Below, one piece after another: positions 1 through 11,029 of a stretch of 64,000 bases of DNA. The stretch lies in the NCBI RefSeq assembly GCF_009914755.1, contig NC_060925.1; one strand, given 5' to 3'. The DNA comes from the human T2T-CHM13v2.0 reference genome, Homo sapiens. The translations under genes were made by a program, and so were the position numbers. The first letter of the stretch is position 1, and the number at the start of each line of letters is the position of its first letter. The notes under the pieces were generated by a model. The model was not told the origin of the DNA. It saw only the letters and a program-made list of their open reading frames with translations, and searched no databases.

Positions 1-1552
1 TTGCTCAGCATTGCAATTACCTGACTTTGAGGGACCATTAATGAATGAGACTGTCTCAACACTAGATTAATGGCCACTTTCAACAGTGGAAAGGGAACAG
101 ATGTCCAAGAAGACAGAAAGGTACTAACAGCTGTGTGTATATGCGTGTGTGTATATGTGTGTGTGTTCTCCTTCAATAACCGGGGTGGTGGCTATGGCCA
201 CAAGCAAGGAAGATGGGTGTTCATGCAAAAACAATCAATCTGCTTGTGCTTTGGAGTTACTCTGGTCTAGCAGAAACTGCAGCTCCCCAGGGCTCACTAT
301 CACCTCTGGACTTTGTCAGAGTGAGTCAAGTAGCAAGAACACAGAGGAATCGTCCAGGAACTAGACCTGGGAAAAATATATCCGTCTTTCTCCAAACAAA
401 GCCTGTTTGGTATTTCAGGCAATTAGTTTCCAAACACTTGGGTCAAAAAGCAACAGATTATATTGTCAAAAAATTATTTCCTTGCATGAGATGAAAAATT
501 AGACAAAATATATAAGAATACATAAAAATTAAAGTAGACAAAATATATAAGAATATTATCAATAGTCATTAGATGCCCCTGTCAAGCACTGAAAAAATAA
601 CTTATAATAATCTATAAAATGTATGCACACTCTTTTCTTTTCACATCCTTCTAAGGGAAACAGCCCCCAGTAGGCGATTAAGCTGATGCACGAGTAACGA
701 TCTCTTAACAATGCCATGCCATCAAATACTGAAGTACAGTTCAGTGTTTCTAAGAGCAGAGAAAGAAAAAAAACATTAAAATTATTACTAATATAAACAC
801 TATGATTGTATATTGCACTTGAGGGATGAAGATCTAGAACAATGAAGATGATAAACATATTTACCTACAGACAAAAGATGGTAGATAAGATTTTTATTAT
901 AAAGGCTTTGTTTATAAAGGGAACACATTAGAAGCTAAGTAATTGGGTCAGATTTGGTAATTAAAAGCAGCTGAATAATCAACAAACGCTTAACAAAGGT
1001 GTTAGAACAAGATCATATTTTAACAGAAGATGAAATACATAGAAAGGTTTGTATATTTCAACCCTTATTCTTCTGCCTGTTTTGCATTTTTCTTTTAAAA
1101 ATACACAAAAAGTATAGGAAGCAGTAGTGAAATAACTACTACCTAGTCAACCTGTGACTGAATCTGGCAGTTGTTAGTAGCAGGTGTAAATGAAACGATG
1201 CGAATAAACTAGCAGGACTAAATCAAAAAGATTTCAATGTGGGTGACATAGCTAAAGTCTATAATTTAGGATCTCTAATACATATCCAGTTTGTGGTTGA
1301 AAATTCCTGCTTTCTAGTGGGCTTTACGTCTGCCACAACCCCAAGGAGTGAAAGGAAACTCAAGACTAACAATGATTTGTTGTAACTAGACGTAGTGGTG
1401 AAAATCTGGCCAAAAAAAAGTCCACTATAAATGTAACAGCTGTGAGCCTTAAGCCTGGTGGCATTTAAACCATTTTATTCTTTATAGCTATAAGAGTATT
1501 CAACCCTAAGTTTACAATAATATCTCAAGGCAAAAACTCAAACAAAACAAGG

Positions 1553-1555
1553 CAC

Positions 1556-1591
<36 letters not shown>
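1553..1591. repeat. (CA)n microsatellite
   Basis: cacacacg followed by uninterrupted CA repeats. Confidence 0.95.
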
Positions 1592-1593
<2 letters not shown>

Positions 1594-1723
1594 CTAAACA
1601 ATGCCCTCATAGACAAGCCCCTTTCAAAGTCCCACCTAATTACAGGCTGACAATCTTTCCAAATTATCAATCAGAACAATAAAAATGCCCTTGAGGGCTC
1701 ATTTTAAACAATTCTCTGGTCCT

Positions 1724-1736
1724 CCTCTAGGGGGCG
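1724..1736 (+). promoter_or_regulatory. CTCF core-like motif in CpG-retaining unique DNA
   Basis: CCTCTAGGGGGCG matches the CTCF core CCNCYAGRKGGCR. About 11 CpGs in 1724-1970. Confidence 0.5.
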
Positions 1737-3169
1737 AAGTTGGCTCGCATTTCACCGAAAGGGGAAATTATTTTCAAACCCTGATTTTCGCACAGTGCTA
1801 GAAAGATATTCACATACAAAGGGGTCTTTTCCGCGCTCCTGCTTCTTCTCAATACATTTCACTTCGGCTGATGAGCAAAGCAGCCCAGCCCTTCGGCACA
1901 GTAAGAGGGAGGGAATGTGATTACGGCGGAGCATAAGCAGGGCTTAATCAGCACAACCCTGAAGGCCGGCCAGCTCATTCTCCTCAAACTTGAGATCACA
2001 GCTATGGTTTTGCCAAAGATGATACACTTTCAAGAATATATGTTGGTGTTTTTTTTTTTTTTTTTCAGGAGAATTTTCCACTGGGGAAATTCTGAAGCCA
2101 GGTGAAGCCTCACACGGGGCTCCCTCCCACCCGGTCTCCTCTGTAGGGCCTCCCTCTGAGAAACCACAAAGCAAGCTGCTGGAGGTCTGAGTGCCTGCCC
2201 TCCCTTCCTGCACAAACGGGGCCCTTTCTACCCTGAGGATGGCATCTGGTGGTCAGGAAGATGCCTGGACAGCAGTTCCTCGCTGGGCCTCGCTTCCCCC
2301 TCACGGAAAGGGTTAGGTGTCCTCTTAGGGAATGCAGGTCTAGCTACAGAAGGGGCATACACAGGCAATGCCTATTCCCAAGGGAGAATCAAATGTGAGT
2401 TTTAGCACCCTAGCAACCATACAAGGCAGAAGGCTCAGAGTGTGTGTGTCCCTGACCCATGGATAGATCGTTTTTGTGGGTTCTAAGCCTTATACAATTT
2501 TGGGGGTCCTCTTTAGAAAAATCATACAAAATTAGGAATATCACATTAGCTACAGGGCATTGGAATGGGATGTTGCCAGTGAAAGATCCTGAACCTTAGG
2601 GCTCTTTAACTGCTGGGCCATGCAGTTATCTTGTCCAGCCTGCCACCACTGGACTCTCCCCTGCAGTAAAACCCCATGTCACGTGTGCTGGCTCTGGGTC
2701 TCTTCTTGGCCTCTTGAACATGGTGCCATCTCTAATGAGACTGACAGGGGTTCAGCACGACAGGGCCTGAGCTCCTCCCGCTTAGGACTGTCCATTGCCT
2801 GGAAACAGATACCGAGGTGGAGCTATTGAAAGAAACACTTGCGCTGCCCTGTGAAAGGGAACAAACTCCTCTGCCACGGGTCAGCTCTCCACACCTACCT
2901 GACCAAGTCTCAGTAACCAGTTTGGGTCATCTCACTAGTTCAGACTCTGCCTCCTCCTCCTTTTCCACCCATGGGAAGGTTATGCAACCCCCCTTCCAGA
3001 CCTCCTTGGGCTGCACAAAGGTGCCAACTATACTAGTCTTTACTGAAAGACAGCAAAATAAAGTGACCTCAATTGAGAGCATTTATCTAAACATAGTTTG
3101 TTTGCATATTTTCAGTCCTTGTAAAAATAATACACAATTTTCTCCTTATCTGATGGCAATATCACTTAC

Positions 3170-3199
3170 CTAAATCTTAACAATAAAATGAGGCAAGGC
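3170..3199 (-). other. Candidate alternative 30-nt 5'UTR microexon
   Basis: Minus strand: ctaaacttaactttctatttttttag|GCCTTGCCTCATTTTATTGTTAAGATTTAG|gtaagtga. Branch-like motif, pyrimidine tract, AG and consensus GTAAGT donor. Confidence 0.45.
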
Positions 3200-3395
3200 C
3201 TAAAAAAATAGAAAGTTAAGTTTAGTTGATGTAGCTTGTTTTCACATGTGCTACAGTTTGGAATTTATAAGCAAACCAGATATAAATTTTCTTCTTTTTG
3301 AACAAAACAGTAAGAACAACTTCTTACATATAGAAATGTCTTCATAAAATCCATTTATCACAAAAAACAGTGTTCTGCAAATTTGATTTAAAAGC

Positions 3396-3519
3396 TTTTT
3401 TTGGAGATGGGCTCTTGCTACGTTGCGGAGGCTGGACTCGAATTCTTAGGCTCAAGGGAATCCTTGGCTTCAGCCTACCAATGAGCTGGGACTATAGGCA
3501 CATGCCACTGTGCTTGGTC
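3396..3519 (-). mobile_element. FLAM (Alu monomer)
   Basis: Single Alu arm in reverse orientation with T tract. TSD ttctgcaaatt at 3373-3383 and 3520-3530. Confidence 0.85.
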
Positions 3520-3561
3520 TTCTGCAAATTCTTATTTGTAAAACGGAATGTGCTGGGAAAA

Positions 3562-3790
3562 TAACAGCCACCATTATTTGCATCCTGTGAACCACACATA
3601 GTCTAAACATTTCATATAGACTATTTCACTTAATCACCTCAATAACCCTATGCAGTATTATCCCTATTTTATTGATGCAGAAATTGAGGCTTTAAGAGGT
3701 AAGCGACTTGTCCAAGGTTACAAAGGTATTTTGTATAGATTTGAGGCTGGGCAGGTTGAGCCTTATTGTTAGTCCCTGTGCCATGCTGCC
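3562..3790 (-). mobile_element. MIR SINE
   Basis: Reverse MIR core (ctattttattgatgcagaaattgaggct...gacttgtccaaggttac). Confidence 0.7.
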
Positions 3791-3997
3791 TCAGCAGCCA
3801 AAAATCACTTTTGATACTATAAAGAACTAGTGAGTTTCACAAGATAGTTATTTTTTAAAAGCAGATCATTGCACATATTTAGATTTTTTCCCAAATTCCT
3901 ATTTGATTAAAAAAAAACAGGCTGAGGAATGGGGCTAGTTTTTTCCAAGGCTTTAAAGGTTTTTAGAAATCATCATAATAGTTAAATGCAAACAATG

Positions 3998-4230
3998 TAA
4001 TAGCTACCATTTATTGAACATGTATTATGTGATGGGCCACTGGCTAAGTTCACTATGTGCAGTGTTTCCTTTAATATAGCTATCTTGTGAGGCAAATGAT
4101 ATGATGCCCATTTAACAGATGAGGAAACTGAGACTCAGAAAGGTTAACCGTAACCATGTTCAAAGTGTCTCAATAGATAAGGAAAGTTTGAACTCTAGTC
4201 TATCTGCCCACACTAAGCCACTTCCCTACT
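3998..4230 (-). mobile_element. MIR SINE
   Basis: cccatttaacagatgaggaaactgagactcagaaaggttaa core; preceded by taatagctaccatttattga 3' end. Confidence 0.8.
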
Positions 4231-5250
4231 ATAAAATGTATACATATAAAAAGTATGCTTTAGCTAAGAGCCTGTTAGTTATTTCAAATATATATCTAGA
4301 TCTTTGAATGGCCAGTGCAAATCACCATATGCTTTTAGGCCAAGAGAATATAGATGAACAGTCCCAGGGGAGTTGAGTTCTGCTATCTGAGCTTCTGTCT
4401 CTAATATCACCTCATATGATGGGTCTGGGGGAGGAAAGGAGGGAGCTGTATCTTGCCATCTTTGTAAGCAGCCAGTAAAAATGAGGACATAAATCAGGTC
4501 CACATCTGGATATATAATGTTCAGTCTTGCCAAGAGACTAGTACATGATGGAACTACCCAAAATGCATTTAATACATTCTTAGGCCACTGCACCCAGAGA
4601 GACTCCAACTTTAGCTGACCCAAGCATCTTCCCAGCATGTGTCACTTGCTCATTTGAGACGCTGGCTTCACCATGGGTTGGGGGGTCTATACTCAGCGAG
4701 TGACCTAATTGTTACAGGACCCAACATCACAGTGGTCCAACCACACATGAAAAAGGAGGGCACGTTGGCAGGGAGGCTGAGTTCACAGTGCTGGCGCCAG
4801 AGAAGGCAGAGAAATATGCTGACTCCAAATGTCACATGAGCATGAAAGAAAACCTACATAAGTGAGGGTGGGTCTTTGGAGGGAGGTAGGATACATTCTG
4901 CAAGGCTTGAATTTGCAGAGTTCATAAACTCTGCATGGAGCCCTGATCAAAATGCTTCCATGAAGCACAGCAAATACGTTCTCAGATCAAGAGAAACTAT
5001 GTTAGGGTCATGAGCATGAGAAATGGCATGAGCACAGTTTCCAAATACTAGCTTTCTGCTGGAGTTATACAGGTGCACGTTGGTATGCAGGTAGAGGAAA
5101 CCCACCCAGATACACAGGTCAAAAGTTTCCCTGTGGGCTTAGATAACAGGGTGTCTAAGCTTCGCTTTGGAATCTCTGAGGCCCAGGAAAGAATTCCAAT
5201 TTTCCCAAACATTTCCCATTTTTCCAATGTCCAATTCTCCCAGACAAGGC

Positions 5251-5298
5251 ACGCACACACACACTCACACTCACACTCACTCTCACTCTCTCTCTCTC
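5251..5298. repeat. (CA)/(CACT)/(CT) compound microsatellite
   Basis: acgcacacacacactcacactcacactcactctcactctctctctctc. Confidence 0.85.
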
Positions 5299-5546
5299 CT
5301 GAGATCCCATTAGAGAGAAAGAACGTCACAGGAAGCTAGGTTTGGCTCAGAGGGAGCAGCATCTTTCCAACAACTCCAACTTAGCTGAAAATCTGAATGG
5401 GATGATATGGGAGGGAAGGAGGGGAGATGGAGGTAGGAAGCTCCTCACCAGATGAAGGACCACTTTTAGAGTGTTAAAAGAAGGGAAGTGTCTCACACTG
5501 GGTCTGAGGTTAAGATGCGAAAGTGAAGGTTTCCACCACCTCAAGA

Positions 5547-6659
5547 TGTAACAGATGGGAAATTCCAAAGCAAGGGATCTGATCATTATGCAGAAATTTC
5601 TAAGAAGATGGCTCTAAGACCCAGAAGGAGGACACAAACAGGTCAGGACGGTGGAAAGCAATGGAGGATTCTGTGAGTAAGATTCTTTGGTAATGCTCTG
5701 ATTCCTACGGTTTCCAAGGTGGGTGGAATGGAGAGGGCTCAGCCTTTCTTCTCCAGCCCAGAGAAAAGGGTTTCAAAAGCTGTATGTGGTGAGTTTGATA
5801 TGCATCTCCCTCAGGAACCAAAATGTGAGAGGGAGCTGACGCTGGCTAAACCAGCAGGGTGGATGCCACATCAGAAAGTGAGTACTGTCCCCTTGCCCCA
5901 TGGTGGAGGGGAGGGTGAAAGGAATATGAACCCTGGACACCCAGAGTGGCAGCCTGGGTGTCTTTGCAACAGGTTCTCCCCGAGAGGGCTTTGGCATGAG
6001 AGTGAGAGGACCCCAAAGAGAGTCCGACTGGAAACCAGAAGATGCTGAGGGATGGCAACAGCAGCAGGAGGAGAGAACCACCCAAATCCCGGGGGGCCCA
6101 GAGCAAGGCCCCTCAGAGGAGTCCTGGAGAAGGCCATGGAGGCAGCCAGGAGAGAAAAAAGTCCCCTTTCCCTGTCTGCCAGGCTCAGATAACTTAGCAT
6201 CAGATGTGACAGTCACAGTCAGGTAACGACTTGCTGCACACTCCCCCTGACCCCACAACCTGGAGAGACCTGAGCAGTGGGCAGCTGGAGGCCACTGGAG
6301 GGGGAAGTGGCCCTTGGTGGCTGGATGGAGGGAAGTCCTCCCTTGGAATGAATACTGACTGTTTATAGACCAAAAAGGGCATTTCAAATTTCCAAAATGA
6401 ACCTGTGTGCATGTGTGTGTGCGTGCTGAGAGAGAGTGAGTGAGAGACAGAGATACAGAGAGAGAGAGAGAGAGGCAGGCTGACTTCAAGTGGCCTTAGA
6501 ACTTCTCATTACCAGAAAAGTAACCAGAAAAGTCATGGGCCTGATCAAGTTATTATCAGGAAATAGGGTACAACATACCTCCCTGAATAAACTTTAAATG
6601 AACAGTGGGAGACAAGAATGAAGCTGAGTCTTAACTATGACTGGTGAGTCACATTGTAC
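5547..6659 (+). mobile_element. Ancient LTR, MamGypLTR1-like, with internal (TG)/(GA) repeat at ~6405-6473
   Basis: Starts TGTAA. Purine-rich body. 3' part (ttaccagaaaagtcatggg...gaacagtgggagacaagaatgaagctg) resembles the recalled Gypsy-class mammalian LTR consensus. Confidence 0.4.
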
Positions 6660-6674
6660 AATATATTAGTTACA

Positions 6675-6905
6675 TACAGTTAACCTTTGCTAAGTCCTGA
6701 CTAAGTGCCAGGCACTGGGCCATGGACTTCACAGACACTACCTCATTCAGTCCCTCTAACAACTCCTTGAGGCGGATATTTGACAGATAAGAAAACTGTG
6801 GCTCAGAGAAGTTAGGCAACTTGCCCAGGGTCACGCAGGTAAGTAAGTAAAGTAGTAGGAACCTGTATTCAACCTCAAGCCTGACATCTATCTGTGAGCT
6901 CTTGT
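6675..6905 (-). mobile_element. MIR SINE
   Basis: gacagataagaaaactgtggctcagagaagttaggcaacttgcccagggtcac core. Confidence 0.8.
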
Positions 6906-7517
6906 ATTGTCCCGGATGAGTGGTTTTCAGCAAAACTTTTGCGACTGAAGCAGGAAAGGGACTTGGGTCCTATCCATCCTTCCTCCTCGCGAGTCCCTGA
7001 GCTAGAAAACCAAAAAGCAGAGTTTGAAAGCCACTGACGAGCATGATCTTATGGGTCCTGTACAACACTCTGATTTTATGATGCTATCATCTGTGGGCGG
7101 GAAGGTGGAGAGAGGTGGACCCACCACAGCAGACACAGGCGACAGGAAAAACTCAGAATTTGTATCCAGTGTTCCAGGAGAGGCAGCTGGAAGGAGCTGG
7201 TTCCAGCAGGTGGATCTGAGGTTCACAGAATTATAATCATGTGTATAAATATAGAGTTCAGAGAATGCATGTAAAGCACTTAGCACAGAGCCTGGCATTA
7301 GGTAAATGGCAACTATGATTGTGGAAAGTTTACATATGTGCCTAAAAACCTCAACATATAATTTAATGCAACATGCTCAGCCACTGATGTCACTGTGTCT
7401 GTTCCATAAGGAGCTATGCTTATCATGGACACTACACTTTACTAATTGAGCCAAGACAAGAAAGGAATGTGTAAGATTAAGCTAGCCAAGTCTAAAACAA
7501 TTAGAGTAAGTCTGAAG

Positions 7518-7700
7518 CAACGGTTTTTAAGCAAGAGGGGCCCAGGGAAGGGGGTAGGCATGGAGTCCTGTGACATAATGATGGAAAACATAATCCTTTC
7601 TCCAACAAAAAAAGTGCATATGTACAATTTTGCAAATAATGACAGAAGTTCACAGATCTGTTGAAGTCTATTCATAGTCTCCAGATTAAGAACTACTCCT
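7518..7700. mobile_element. hAT-Charlie MITE (MER102-like)
   Basis: Degenerate TIRs (caacggtttttaa / ttaagaactact) and internal aaaaagtgcatatgtacaattttgcaaataat. Confidence 0.5.
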
Positions 7701-7910
7701 GTAGATCCTGGGGATTCAACATGAGGTCCTCAGGCCAAGAGCTGCCCACCAGATCCCAAAGTGGTGCTACCCATCCTTGTCCTCTCCACATGTTCCTTAT
7801 TGGTAGTCTGGATCATGACACCAAACCTGAAGTAGGTAGTCAATGTAACTGTGCAGAATCTAATTTCCAACCTTTCAAGTTTAATAGACTCCAAATGAAG
7901 AATGTCTAAA

Positions 7911-8572
7911 CTAGTGGATTCTGGTACCTAGAAAATTTATCTGCTTGGCATTCTCATTCTTTCCTTCCCTCCTTCTGGTACCAACACCTCTCCTTTTTAT
8001 TATTTTTTCATTTTTAAAATTTATTACATAATGTGGGGAGTCTTCCAGTGAAAAGAGGAAACCTGCTAGACAAATTCTAAAAGAGCTGTAACACTACCCC
8101 TCCTTTTTCCATGGGGAACCCGTTCTGTGTAATTCTGGTGGGATTTACCCTCTCTCATGGGACACATGAACAGGCCTTAGCCAAAGTGATGCTGCTTATT
8201 GTCTACTGCATATTTCTGGCCATGCTGATTCAGGCAGGCAATCCAATCTGGGCTGGTCAAGGTCCCTCCTTGGTACTCACTACTGCTAGAAGTATGGCAA
8301 AAGAGGCACCCATAGCTGTGAGAATGACAGAAACCCAGTACTGATAGCTACCTCTGCCACCATGGTGAGGGAGAGCATGTCTGAGAATGAAGCTGAGAGA
8401 GCTAAGCAAAGTCAAGACAGAGTGAAAGATAATGGCCTGATGATATCTTTGGAACTCCTGAATACAGCTGTGCCTGAAGCCCTTACTAGCATGGCCATCC
8501 TAATCATATAAGTCAAGAGACTAGTTTAAATTATATTTCTGTTGCTTGCAACCAAAATACTCCTAATAAACT
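7911..8572 (+). mobile_element. ERVL-MaLR solo LTR (MLT1J/K-like), interrupted by the U7 retrocopy
   Basis: ccttctggtaccaacacc...ggggaacc 5' part; gtgcctgaagcc...tttctgttgcttgcaaccaaaa 3' part. Confidence 0.6.
8035..8095 (-). pseudogene. RNU7-80P: U7 snRNA processed pseudogene (probably RNU7-80P, from recollection of locus)
   Basis: Reverse complement is AGTGTTACAGCTCTTTTAGAATTTGTCTAGCAGGTTTCCTCTTTTCACTGGAAGACTCCCC: U7 histone-pairing region, U7 Sm site AATTTGTCTAG and a diverged 3' stem. A-rich tail at ~7999-8025. TSD acctctccttttt (7986-7998) / acccctccttttt (8096-8108). Confidence 0.92.
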
Positions 8573-10589
8573 TGATCCAAAGCAAAACAAAGTCCCAAAG
8601 GAAATTCTCCTTCATGGGTAGTTCTTGTGGAATTCTGGGCTCCTCTCTGACAACGATCCTGAATGAATTAAAACTTTTTCTTCCTACGACATTGTTGCAA
8701 AAAAGTCTAGGCTTAACATTATTCCCTATCATTCTCGGCACCAATGGTTCATCTTACCAGTGCTGCCAGTCAGCAAATATCTCATTCTCCCCACCCTTGA
8801 TCCTGCACTCCTGCTCACCTTCCCTATACTATTGGATATTTCCTCTTGTAATAAATATTAAGGTTACTCATTAGAAGAGGAGGGACCCAGAAATGGACAA
8901 TGGTGGCCTAGTTTATAGTTCGCTACCATCAAATACTTGGAGTCAAGTCTCATGAGCCTCTCAAACTGCCCCCAAAAGGCACTGAATGTTCCAGTATAAG
9001 AAATGAACCTAGAACCATGGGGCTCAAAAGAGAAGGAGAGAGACATGGAGCAAGGGAAGAGGATCATGCAGGGTCAATGTAAATTCTGTGTATCAAAAAC
9101 CACAACACAGACTGAGTCATAGTGTAGAATGACTTGAGAGTTGAGAGAAATAACATTCACAGAGCACTATCAGGAAGTTATTTTTCTTTTAGAACAGGGA
9201 TGGTAAGTAGATTTCAACTCGCGTGCCCAATCTGGTCCACAACTAAAATGCCAAGGCTCAGCATCAAGACGGTCATGACAATCTGAAGTCCATTACAAGG
9301 TGGGGAGGGGAGGAGGGTTGTGAATATATTTATTTGTTATTTCAGCTGAAACAATTACATTTCATCCTTGGACTAAGCAAGACCAACAGAGAAATGCACA
9401 CCTGAACCTAGAAGGGTTTCTCTTGGACTGCACTCAGCTGTCACATCATTCACCTGCACCGAGGCAGTCGTCATTGTTTTACCTACAGAGATGTTGTCGG
9501 CCACTCTGTGTGGCATTATCTTTATGAGTACTCTGAAGACATTTCTCTGAGTCTTGAATCATGATCAACCCTGCTTCTTCTAAGTAACTGGTGTGCTTTT
9601 ATCTTCCAGCCACCGTAAGTCATCAACGGAGCATGTTTTCCTTCTGGTACTGATTGCTCAGAAGCTCAGAGGTAAGTCTGTGGGAACTGCCAGCAAATGA
9701 ATAGCCTCTCTCCCATGAACTGGGGACTTATTTTATCTCTGACTTCACCCCACTTTTCCTTCCCCACAGATTTCCTCCCTTACTTATTTTTCTTAATTGC
9801 ATTATTTTACACCTATGTTTAAAGGCCATCTCAAAAATCTTTGAAGACAGCTACATACATCAGATCAACAGTAATTAACATAAGAGGAAACAAACCAGAT
9901 GGTGAGTGGAGGAAAGTTTTACAAATGCTGCCATGCAGTGGCAGCCACAGGGTGATGGCCTTGAACCAGGAATAGCCCTGGGCCAACCCATCAAGTCAGC
10001 AAATATCTCATTCTCCCCACCCTGGATCCTGTGTTCCTGCTCACCTTCCCTACGCTCCATTCTCCATGGGCAGCCATTCCCCCTGGGCCATTTCTGAGCA
10101 TCCACACCTACTCTCTCTTTAGTACTACTGGTTGCTCTCCCTCCCTCAACTCTTCCCACCAAATCAAAATGCCTTCCTCCTCTCTCTAGAACCTTGGGCT
10201 TGACTGTATGTTGTCAACAGTTGATAATAGCATAGTGTCTTTTCTCTTTCAAGGACAGGTACATTTTAACCAGGCATTTTGAAGAGGAAAAAAAAGCCCA
10301 TAGAAGTAATTCACTAATGGTGGAATATACTACAAAAGTAGTACAAAAGCAATTGAAAAGGAGATTTTTTCTTGTAAATCTCAAGTAATTCTATGTAAGG
10401 TAGCACAGTACGTGGCACACAGTGCTCAATACACAGTAGCTACTCATTATTACTATTGTTGCTGTTATTGTTAATCCCACCACTACCATTTGATCACTCA
10501 CTGTCTATTCCTTTTACCTCTACCACGCAGGCTACTGCCCTTTTCGGAACACTGGCCGACTGGAGATCCACAATCAATTAATCCATTTT

Positions 10590-10778
10590 AATCATATTTA
10601 TGATTTATAATGTATTTTTACACACATTAGCCTTTTTTGATCTTCCTAGCAATTGTCTAGTTAAACATTCTTCTCATTTTATAGATGGGCAAACTGAGGC
10701 TCAGGAAGACTGAGTTAGTAAGGTTCCAGAGCCAGGCTCAAACTCAGGTTTTGTATAAATTTCTTGTTCTTCCCATAA
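10590..10778 (-). mobile_element. MIR SINE
   Basis: ctcattttatagatgggcaaactgaggctcag core. Confidence 0.65.
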
Positions 10779-10990
10779 CAAGTGGTTGCCAACTAGAGTG
10801 CAATCACATCAGAATCATCAGAATTTTGAATGTCATGAAGATATTGTAAAAGCAAAAAAATAAAGAATCATTTGGGGTGCTTTAAGGTTCCTGGGGTCTA
10901 CCCCAGACCTAATGAATATAGATGGCCCAGTGGAAGGGACTGTATGAGTTTGTATTTCAACAGGTGCCTTGTGTGATTCTGATGAGCTGC
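10779..10990. mobile_element. MER5-type hAT MITE
   Basis: catcagaatca...ggggtgctttaa...ccccagacctaatgaat...gtgattctgatg. Confidence 0.65.
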
Positions 10991-11029
10991 TGGTGGATGG
11001 ACAAGTCCAATGCCCATGCTTCTTCTTGG

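Noticed and set aside
494-555. Short tandem duplications (35-bp period here; also ~16200, ~41653, ~47040, ~61992) as a CRISPR-like or structured array
   Set aside because: Only two units each, with no spacers; ordinary slippage duplications in eukaryotic DNA.
2049-2107. Plus-strand exon (T-tract-CAG at 2068, GTGAAG at 2102)
   Set aside because: Weak donor, opposite to the host strand, and the tract is a simple poly-T run.
5773-6489. Longest ORF (238 aa) and overlapping ORFs
   Set aside because: It begins in a GA/TG microsatellite, has no recognisable domain, and lies in an LTR-like purine-rich segment where stop-poor frames are expected.
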